DNA of 32,000 bases from Erysipelothrix inopinata (lineage in GTDB: Bacteria > Bacillota_I > Bacilli_A > Erysipelotrichales > Erysipelotrichaceae). Positions 25,643-32,000 of the stretch are shown here, one piece after another. The stretch covers positions 1,290,001 to 1,322,000 of the forward strand of contig NZ_CP060715.1 of the NCBI RefSeq assembly GCF_014396165.1, in the 5' to 3' direction. Position 1 is the first letter of the stretch. Each line of letters begins with the position of its first letter. The notes below the pieces were generated by a model. It saw only the letters and a program-made list of their open reading frames with translations, had not been told where the DNA came from and did not search any database. The translations under genes and the position numbers were made by a program.

Positions 25643-25707
25643 AAGTTTATCTAGACGTTACCTAAATTGTTTAATTTTGCAAAAATTTCTTGATTTCTTT
25701 TTGGATA

Positions 25708-25821
25708 TTAATGACCGTAAGTTTCTTTAACTTCATGTACCGAATGTCTTAATCTATCAGAAATATCTAAAGCTTCCTAACCGAGATCAATCAGTGTGAA
25801 AACATGACTATGTCGAGGTCT
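25708..25821 (-). pseudogene. Remnant of a tyrosine recombinase (phage-type integrase) C-terminus, 38 codons with an in-frame TAG
   Basis: The minus-strand translation is RPRHSHVFTLIDLG*EALDISDRLRHSVHEVKETYGH*. It aligns with the canonical integrase C-terminal pattern RH(T/S)xxxxLLxxGxxLxxI(S/Q)xxLGHSxxxxTxxxYxH, including the catalytic Tyr context. A TAA stop lies immediately upstream (25822-25824) and the in-frame TAG is at 25777-25779. Confidence 0.6.
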
Positions 25822-25892
25822 TTAAAAGTAAACCATTCTAGATCAAATATTTAAAGAATAGTCTGAGGAGGATTCAGGACTTGATTTGTTTT

Positions 25893-26060
25893 CTAATCGA
25901 TAGATTTTCTGGCTAAGATAGCTCCAATTACAAACCCTAAAATAATACTAATAATGCCGTACTCGATGAAGTTGGCCCCAATTATTCCCGCTATAAAACA
26001 AATGCCAAAAGTTGTCGTATCGTGTTCATACTTCCTTTTCTTTTTTTTTATGAATGACAC
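25893..26060 (-). CDS. Possible small hydrophobic protein (55 aa, GTG start), low confidence
   Basis: The minus-strand ORF is (M)SFIKKKKRKYEHDTTTFGICFIAGIIGANFIEYGIISIILGFVIGAILARKSID*. A lysine-rich N-terminus, encoded in part by an A9 run, precedes two hydrophobic segments. AAGGAG lies only 3 nt from the GTG (short spacing) and there is no in-frame ATG. It is below the ORF-track size cut-off. Confidence 0.25.
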   Translation of the reverse strand: MSFIKKKKRKYEHDTTTFGICFIAGIIGANFIEYGIISIILGFVIGAILARKSID

Positions 26061-26175
26061 ATTCTCCTTATAGATACATTATAAAACACTTACATTATTT
26101 ATATTTAAAGGAGATGTTTTTTAGGCGTTTTGAATGATAAAATCGAAGCGTAAAAAACAAATGTTGAATTTGTGT

Positions 26176-26204
26176 TTGACTGTATGATTAAATCAACTCA
26201 TAAT
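26176..26204 (+). promoter_or_regulatory. Putative promoter of the LtaS-like gene
   Basis: TTGACT (26176-26181), 17 nt, CATAAT (26199-26204). Confidence 0.4.
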
Positions 26205-26266
26205 GTATTAGTTGGAAAAATTTATAAAAACTTCGATTACAATACTGTGATAGAAAGAGGGGAACT

Positions 26267-28072
26267 ATGATTTTATTTATCCAAGCACTTCATATTTTTA
26301 TTATGCCTATGGTAATTGCGCTCTTGGCGTGGTTGTTTACTCGTAGAAAATATTCGCTAACAGTTCTCATGAGTAAGATGTGCCTATATTCTAATATTTT
26401 ATTTAATATGTTCTACTATTTAATCAATAGAAAAATACTAATCTCTATTGAATCATTTAGTGCAAGAGCAACGGCATCGTACTTAGTAGCGTCGCTCTTG
26501 CTTGTTATAGTTTTAGTAATATTGGAAAATAAAAAGATTGAAAATCAATCATTAAAATATTTACCCAAAAAGTTCTATTACTATAGAACGTGGACGTTTG
26601 TATTATTTACAGTATCAACTGCTTTGGTGGTTCATACAACATGGTTGTCAGCATACTTGGGCAATATAAGTTTTGATCAGATGTTGTTTAATATGAAAAC
26701 ACCGATTAATACGTCGAATTCGACATTTTTTACAGATATCTTCCCATTTACTGCCCAGATTATTACAATCTCTGTTTCATTCATTGTACTTATGTTGAAT
26801 CAAGTGAAATTTAATCCTATCAATCGACTAAATAAAAGAGAAATTAAAATTTCCACTAAGGTATGGGCAAGAACGGTGCCACTTATAATTTTCGCAATTT
26901 CGTTAACGATAGCTACTTTTAATTTGAAGATGAATGAATTCTTTGATTATTATGCAAGTAATGATACGTTTATTGCCGATAATTATGTTCAACCAACTGA
27001 TGAAAATGTTATCTTTCCAGAGAAGAAACAAAACCTTGTCTATATCTTTAGTGAATCGATGGAAGCAACTTTCTTTTCTAAGGAATTGGGTGGAGCATCT
27101 CATGCAAACCTTTTACCTGGATTTACTGAACTCTTGAATGATGGCTATAATTTCTCGAATACCGATAAATTGGGTGGCGCGTTAACGCTACCTTACACAG
27201 GGTGGTCAATTGCAGGCTTGGTAGCACAACACTCGGGAATACCTTTTAAAATTCCTATTGATGGAAATGGCTATGATAAATTTGATTTCTTACCGGGTAT
27301 TACGAACTTGGGAGATCTTCTCAAGAAAAATGGCTATAATACCTCTGTAATATTAGGAGCAGATGGTAATTTTGCGGGAGTTTCTAATTACTTTAAAGAT
27401 CATGGAGACTACAAAATAGCGGACCATAATTCTAAAATTGCGGATGGATCCCTTCCGGCTGACTATAATGTTTGGTGGGGATTTGAGGATCGTAAACTCT
27501 TTGAGTATGGTCGTGAAGAAATGTTGGAACTTGCTAGAGATGGGAAACCATTTGCGATGGTTTTAGAGACGGCAGACACGCATTTCCCAGATGGTTTTTT
27601 GGATAGTGGGTGTCCCGCAAATCATGCTGAACCTTATGCGAACTCCATTCAATGTGCAGACACACAAATTACAGATCTTATCCGTTGGATTCAAGAACAA
27701 CCATTTGGTAAAGATACAACTATAGTAGTAACAGGTGATCATCTAAGCATGGAAAAAAAATATTTTGAAAGTTTAGATGCAAACTATGAACGTACAATTT
27801 TTAATATGATTTTAAATCCGGTGAATAAAAATAAAAATTCAAATCGATATCATAATCGTGAGTTCTCTTCAGTTGATATTTTCCCAACAACATTGTCGAG
27901 TTTGGGTGTTGAAATAATAGGAAATCGTCTCGGTTTGGGAACTGATTTATTCTCTGAAATGCCGACAATTTATGAAGAATTCGGTCAAAAAGAAGTCCGT
28001 GATAGACTCGATAAGCGAAGTATGTTTTTCGATAATGAATTTATTTATGGTACAAGAGATAGAGGTTATTAG
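26267..28072 (+). CDS. LTA synthase / phosphoglycerol transferase family protein (N-terminal multi-TM domain plus extracellular sulfatase-fold domain)
   Basis: About five N-terminal hydrophobic helices precede the sulfatase-type domain: ...LVYIFSESMEATF..., ...WSIAGLVAQHSG..., ...ETADTHFP..., ...VVTGDHLSM... Confidence 0.8.
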   Translation: MILFIQALHIFIMPMVIALLAWLFTRRKYSLTVLMSKMCLYSNILFNMFYYLINRKILISIESFSARATASYLVASLLLVIVLVILENKKIENQSLKYLPKKFYYYRTWTFVLFTVSTALVVHTTWLSAYLGNISFDQMLFNMKTPINTSNSTFFTDIFPFTAQIITISVSFIVLMLNQVKFNPINRLNKREIKISTKVWARTVPLIIFAISLTIATFNLKMNEFFDYYASNDTFIADNYVQPTDENVIFPEKKQNLVYIFSESMEATFFSKELGGASHANLLPGFTELLNDGYNFSNTDKLGGALTLPYTGWSIAGLVAQHSGIPFKIPIDGNGYDKFDFLPGITNLGDLLKKNGYNTSVILGADGNFAGVSNYFKDHGDYKIADHNSKIADGSLPADYNVWWGFEDRKLFEYGREEMLELARDGKPFAMVLETADTHFPDGFLDSGCPANHAEPYANSIQCADTQITDLIRWIQEQPFGKDTTIVVTGDHLSMEKKYFESLDANYERTIFNMILNPVNKNKNSNRYHNREFSSVDIFPTTLSSLGVEIIGNRLGLGTDLFSEMPTIYEEFGQKEVRDRLDKRSMFFDNEFIYGTRDRGY

Positions 28073-28078
28073 AAGTGA

Positions 28079-28099
28079 AGGAGCATTGCTCCTCTTTTT
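28079..28099 (+). terminator. Intrinsic terminator after the LtaS-like gene
   Basis: AGGAGC (28079-28084), loop ATT, GCTCCT (28088-28093), followed by CTTTTT. Confidence 0.6.
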
Positions 28100-28143
28100 A
28101 TTTGAAAAGGTTTCTAAAATAATGTGAAAGAAAGCATGATATA

Positions 28144-28161
28144 TGTTATAATGATTATAAT
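28144..28161 (+). promoter_or_regulatory. Extended -10 TGTTATAAT with a second tandem TATAAT, upstream of the amidohydrolase operon
   Basis: TGTTATAAT at 28144-28152 and TATAAT at 28156-28161, 25-40 nt upstream of RBS AGGAGG and the ATG at 28186. Confidence 0.4.
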
Positions 28162-28185
28162 GTTATACAAGGTTAGGAGGATTGC

Positions 28186-29286
28186 ATGCTATTATTAAAA
28201 AACGGACAAGATATTTCTGGAAACAGAATCGAGATTCTCATTGATGGAGAATCTATCGTAAGTATTGACGAAAGTATCGAAACTCCAACACATTGTGAGG
28301 TAGTGGACTTAAATCAAAAATATGTATCTTCTGGGTGGATTGATATGCATACCCATTGTTACGGAAGGCTAAAACTATATTATGATGATCCAGACTTAAT
28401 TGGATATCGTACGGGTGTTACCACCGTCGTTGACGCTGGAACAACAGGTGCTGATGATATTGGAACATTCTATCAGGATATTCAGGAAAAGAAAACGCGC
28501 GTTTTGGCTTTTATAAATGTTGCACATCAAGGAATTAAAACTCAAGATGAATTATCAGATCTTGCTAATATCAAAGAATCAATGATTCAAGAATCAATTG
28601 ATCGGTACAATGACTTCATTATAGGTATTAAAGTTAGAATGAGCGCATCGGTAGTTGGGAACAATGGAATTGTACCGCTTGATATGGCAAAGGATATTAC
28701 GCAACGGATTAAGTTACCGTTGATGGTTCATATTGGATCAAATCCGCCATTACTTATTGATATTCTAGGAAGACTTGAAGCTGGAGATATTGTAACTCAC
28801 ATCTTCAATGGCAAGGCGAATGGAATTTTAGATAAGCATGGTAATATCATTCCAGAAGTATTAGATGCACATCGTCGTGGTGTCGTATTTGATTTGGGTC
28901 ATGGTCGTGATAGTTTTAGTTTTAAAGTAGCACAATCCGCATTTAACCAATGTCTCTTATGTGATACGATTAGTACAGATATTTATCATGATAATCGTGT
29001 CGAGGGACCTGTAAGAAACATGTCGACAACAATGAATAAACTTTTAAAAATTGGGTACTCACCTCGTGCAATTCTTGATATGGTGACCCAAAAACCTGCG
29101 GAGGTTCTCGGACTGAAACGTTTTGGAACGTTGGAAGTTGGGAACGTGTCTGATATTACAATTTTTGATTTAGAAGAATTGGATGATGTTCTGGTTGATT
29201 CAATGGGACATACTGAAACATTGAATTATGGTTTTAAACCTAAAGCAGTAGTTGTGAAAGGAGCTTATTATGACATCGAATCTTAA
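28186..29286 (+). CDS. Amidohydrolase/deacetylase-family metallohydrolase (dihydroorotase / N-acyl-D-amino-acid deacylase-like)
   Basis: ...VSSGWIDMHTHCY... is a metal-binding HxH-type motif after a beta-sandwich N-terminus, and ...MVHIGS...VTHIFNG... gives further His ligands. This is the family I recall as EF_0837-type, which needs a database check. Confidence 0.75.
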   Translation: MLLLKNGQDISGNRIEILIDGESIVSIDESIETPTHCEVVDLNQKYVSSGWIDMHTHCYGRLKLYYDDPDLIGYRTGVTTVVDAGTTGADDIGTFYQDIQEKKTRVLAFINVAHQGIKTQDELSDLANIKESMIQESIDRYNDFIIGIKVRMSASVVGNNGIVPLDMAKDITQRIKLPLMVHIGSNPPLLIDILGRLEAGDIVTHIFNGKANGILDKHGNIIPEVLDAHRRGVVFDLGHGRDSFSFKVAQSAFNQCLLCDTISTDIYHDNRVEGPVRNMSTTMNKLLKIGYSPRAILDMVTQKPAEVLGLKRFGTLEVGNVSDITIFDLEELDDVLVDSMGHTETLNYGFKPKAVVVKGAYYDIES

Positions 29287-30364
29287 AGAGAGATTAAAAC
29301 TTGATCGGGTCATTAACGCATCGGGAAAAATGACAATTCTAGGTGGATCACGATTAGAGCGTGGTGTACTCGATGCAATGAATGAAGGTGCGTCGCAATT
29401 TTATGTCATGTCCGATTTGATGGAGCAATCCAATCAATATCTACAGGATTTATTGAAAGTTGAAGCAGCGTGGCTTATCTCTAGCGCTTCATCTGGAATT
29501 GCACAATCCGTTGCAGCTGCCATCAATCAAGGAAACTATAAATATGTTATGAATCCATATGACGAAACGCTTGTAAGAAACAAAGTGGTTATTGCCAAGG
29601 GACATATTGTAGATTATGGGACATCAATTGAAGTGCCGATTCGAATGGGTGGTGCAAAGATTGTTGAAGCAGGATATGCAAATGGTTGTACCGTAGCGCA
29701 AATGGAATCGGCTATTGACTCAGAAACTGCCGCAATTATTTATGTTAAATCGCATCATGCAGTACAAAAATCAATGCCGAAAATGGAAGATGTCATCGCA
29801 TTAGCAAAAAAATATGAACTTCCAATCATTATTGATGCTGCAGCTGAGGGTGACCTCAACACTTATGCTGATATGGGTGCAGACGCTGTGATATACAGTG
29901 GTACGAAAGCACTTGAAGGACCGACATCTGGGGTCGTAATTGGTAGTACAACTTTCATATCATGGCTTAAAGCTCAAGGACAAGGAATTGGTCGTGTGAT
30001 GAAGATTGGTAAAGAAAATATTTTTGGTCTTCTTGAAGCAATTACAGAGTATGTAAATCAAAGTGCAGTAACTTTGGAGCAACAAGAAGCACGTCTAAAA
30101 CCTTTCAATGAGGCAATCAATGAATTAGCTGTATGTCATGCTAAAACTGTACAAGACGGTGCGGGAAGACCTATCCTGAGAAGTCAAATTCAATTTGATG
30201 AATCGGTAGATATGGATAAATTATCCCAAGGAATGAAGGCAGCACCCATTAGAATTTACACTCGAGATTACCGAATCAATGAAAATATAATTGAAATAGA
30301 TATCAGAGATGTTTCTGAGGAAGAACTTGATATCATCACAAATCAAATAAAAGAAAATATATAG
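29270..30364 (+). CDS. DgaE / SelA-like PLP-dependent enzyme (D-glucosaminate-6-phosphate ammonia-lyase family)
   Basis: ...INASGKMTILGGS... and ...VIYSGTKALEGPTSGVV... (PLP-lysine context resembling SelA SGDKLLGGPQ). It overlaps the amidohydrolase gene by 17 nt. Confidence 0.7.
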   Translation: MTSNLKERLKLDRVINASGKMTILGGSRLERGVLDAMNEGASQFYVMSDLMEQSNQYLQDLLKVEAAWLISSASSGIAQSVAAAINQGNYKYVMNPYDETLVRNKVVIAKGHIVDYGTSIEVPIRMGGAKIVEAGYANGCTVAQMESAIDSETAAIIYVKSHHAVQKSMPKMEDVIALAKKYELPIIIDAAAEGDLNTYADMGADAVIYSGTKALEGPTSGVVIGSTTFISWLKAQGQGIGRVMKIGKENIFGLLEAITEYVNQSAVTLEQQEARLKPFNEAINELAVCHAKTVQDGAGRPILRSQIQFDESVDMDKLSQGMKAAPIRIYTRDYRINENIIEIDIRDVSEEELDIITNQIKENI

Positions 30365-30374
30365 GGAGATTAAA

Positions 30375-31109
30375 ATGGAAGCAAATTTTTTAAATAATCG
30401 TATTTGTTTAAATGTACTGGGAAATAGCTTGGAAAATGCTATTGATATTTATAAAGCAGCGGAAGGTCATGTTCTTGTAGGTCTTTTATCTAAGAATTAT
30501 GAAACTGTTGATCTTGCAGTTGCGGATATGAAACGTGTTGCCGATCGTATTGATAATCATGTTTCAGTAGGCTTGGGTGCAGGAGATCCAAAACAATGGA
30601 AAATGGTTGCGGAAATATCACAACAAGTTCAACCTATTCACGTCAACCAAGTTGCGACAGCAACTGGCTATACACGTGCATTACTTGGACAAGATGAAAC
30701 CATCGTCAACAGTTTAATTTCTCCGACGGGACGCGTTGGGTATGTTAATGTTGCAACAGGTCCTCTGAGCTGCCAAGAAGTACAGGCTGAAGTTCCTGTA
30801 GATACAGCGATTGAAATGCTAAAAGACATGGGAGCAAGCTCGGTCAAGTTTTTCCCAATGAGAGGTTTGGAAACTGTTGAAGAGTATCGAGCAGTGTGTG
30901 AAGCATGTGTTCGTCATGACTTTATGATGGAACCTACAGGCGGCATTGATTTAGAAAACTTTGAAGAAATCGTGACGATTGCCTTGAATGCAGGAGTTAA
31001 ACGTGTGATTCCTCATGTTTATTCTTCAATTATCGATCCAGTAACTAAGGATACACGTCCAGAAGATGTAACAACGTTATATGAAATTATGAAGCGAGTG
31101 AGCCAATGA
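30375..31109 (+). CDS. KDGP-aldolase family protein (DUF1341 / DgaF-like)
   Basis: A 244-aa TIM-barrel-like protein (...VKFFPMRGL...MEPTGGIDL...). Its placement directly after the DgaE-like gene matches the arrangement I recall for this family. Confidence 0.6.
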   Translation: MEANFLNNRICLNVLGNSLENAIDIYKAAEGHVLVGLLSKNYETVDLAVADMKRVADRIDNHVSVGLGAGDPKQWKMVAEISQQVQPIHVNQVATATGYTRALLGQDETIVNSLISPTGRVGYVNVATGPLSCQEVQAEVPVDTAIEMLKDMGASSVKFFPMRGLETVEEYRAVCEACVRHDFMMEPTGGIDLENFEEIVTIALNAGVKRVIPHVYSSIIDPVTKDTRPEDVTTLYEIMKRVSQ

Positions 31110-32000
31110 AACGGGTCCTCGCTTTTGGCGAAGTAATGATGCGTTTAGGTGTACCAGACCACAAATTACTTCAACAGACTTCACAACTTGATTACTTATT
31201 CTCAGGAACTGGCGTGAATATTCTTTCGGGATTATCACATATGGGACATGAGACATTTATAATTACAGCATTACCTGATAATCGTGTAGGGAATGTTGCG
31301 ACGGGAAAACTGCGAGAAATGGGAATTGGAACTGAAATGATTCAATACGAAGGTGATCATATCGGGATTTATATTCTTGAAACAGGGTATGGTGCCAGAC
31401 CGTCTCAAGTTACCTATCTTAATCGGTCGATGAGTAGTTTTGCCACCTATGATTACAGTGGAAAAATTAAAGATTTTGATACGATGTTTATGGATGTGGA
31501 AATGCTTCATATCTGTGGCATTGCTCTAATACATGACAATACCTATAAAATGGCACTAAAATTGGTTGATGAAGCAAAAATTAGAAATGTGAAAGTAGTA
31601 TTTGATTGCAATTATCGTGCAAGTCTTTGGGGAAATCGTGATCCTCAAGACGTTTCGAAAATGTATCGATCTTTATTTGAAAATGCGGATATCGTGTTTG
31701 CGAGCTATCGCGACTTTGCCCTTCATGCACCAGATATTGTGAAAGACTGTGATGAAGAAGAAGCGATGTTTAGAGTTCAAGAAGCATTTAAAATTGAATA
31801 CTTATGTCATACTAACCGCAATTTAGAAACTCAGGAAATTGAAGGCTGTCTGTATGTAAATCAAAAGAAATATACCAGTGACAGCTATAAATTGGAAATC
31901 CTAGATCGCGTGGGCGGTGGTGATGGATTTGCTTTAGGGATTCTTCACGGTATTTTGGAAAACTATGATATAGAAACTTGTGTGGAGTTTGGAATTGGTG
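31106..32000 (+). CDS. PfkB-family sugar kinase (2-dehydro-3-deoxygluconokinase-like), 3'-truncated by the window edge
   Basis: This is not in the ORF track because no stop is reached. My translation from the ATG at 31106 gives MKRVLAFGEVMMRLGVPDHK...VVFDCNYRASLWG...LDRVGGGDGFALGILHG (PfkB DxxGxGD signature). The start overlaps the aldolase stop (ATGA). Confidence 0.8.
   Translation, partial: MKRVLAFGEVMMRLGVPDHKLLQQTSQLDYLFSGTGVNILSGLSHMGHETFIITALPDNRVGNVATGKLREMGIGTEMIQYEGDHIGIYILETGYGARPSQVTYLNRSMSSFATYDYSGKIKDFDTMFMDVEMLHICGIALIHDNTYKMALKLVDEAKIRNVKVVFDCNYRASLWGNRDPQDVSKMYRSLFENADIVFASYRDFALHAPDIVKDCDEEEAMFRVQEAFKIEYLCHTNRNLETQEIEGCLYVNQKKYTSDSYKLEILDRVGGGDGFALGILHGILENYDIETCVEFGIG

Noticed and set aside
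28121-28140. cre-like sequence (TGTGAAAGAAAGCATG) upstream of the amidohydrolase operon
   Set aside because: It does not fit the CcpA cre consensus (TGWAANCGNTNWCA). It lacks the central CG and the palindromic right half.
25560-28185. Search for an attR copy of the tRNA-Arg(UCU) 3' end to delimit the putative island
   Set aside because: I saw no direct repeat of GGTTCGAATCCCTCC or CCGAGGACGCCA downstream within the window. The island boundary therefore remains undefined and I do not annotate an att site.

Overview
This is an AT-rich chromosomal window of Bacillota type. The rnhC / cvpA-mutS2 neighbourhood, lspA-rluD and frequent extended -10 TGnTATAAT promoters fit a low-GC Gram-positive, possibly Erysipelotrichia-like, but I cannot establish the taxon from sequence alone. 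Most of it is ordinary housekeeping. It holds a frameshifted, 5'-truncated carboxyltransferase gene and an OmpR-type two-component pair. Small single-gene units follow: two GNATs, a Na/Pi cotransporter, a nucleoside deoxyribosyltransferase, a PPC protein, flavodoxin and coaD. There is also a MocR-type regulator with a divergent AhpD-like gene, an lspA-rluD-rhomboid-dCMP deaminase operon, rnhC, and a tightly coupled cvpA-mutS2-uvrC-murI-phosphoesterase operon. Six tRNA genes are scattered through the window: Ala-UGC, Ile-GAU, Thr-CGU, Arg-CCU, Leu-GAG and Arg-UCU. There is no rRNA. I found no CRISPR array, no intact IS or transposase, and no recognisable canonical defence or toxin-antitoxin system. 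The parts worth a second look are these. (1) A promoter-to-terminator unit of about 150 nt at 11.3 kb has two hairpin loops displaying UUUCCUC(C) anti-Shine-Dalgarno motifs; it is a candidate sRNA, or alternatively a coaD leader. (2) A Zn-ribbon/TM2 plus SPFH/SHOCT two-gene module sits at 7.9-9.2 kb. (3) A decayed integrative element lies at tRNA-Arg(UCU): a 38-codon integrase C-terminal remnant with an in-frame stop, three CCTACCA repeats at exact 11-bp phasing, a small hydrophobic ORF and an LtaS-like gene. (4) An amidohydrolase / DgaE-like PLP lyase / KDGP-aldolase-family / PfkB kinase cassette has no established substrate. (5) Orphan PTS EIIA and EIIB genes are split by an unknown membrane protein. 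None of these is proven. All calls rest on reading the sequence and recalling protein families, without database searches.
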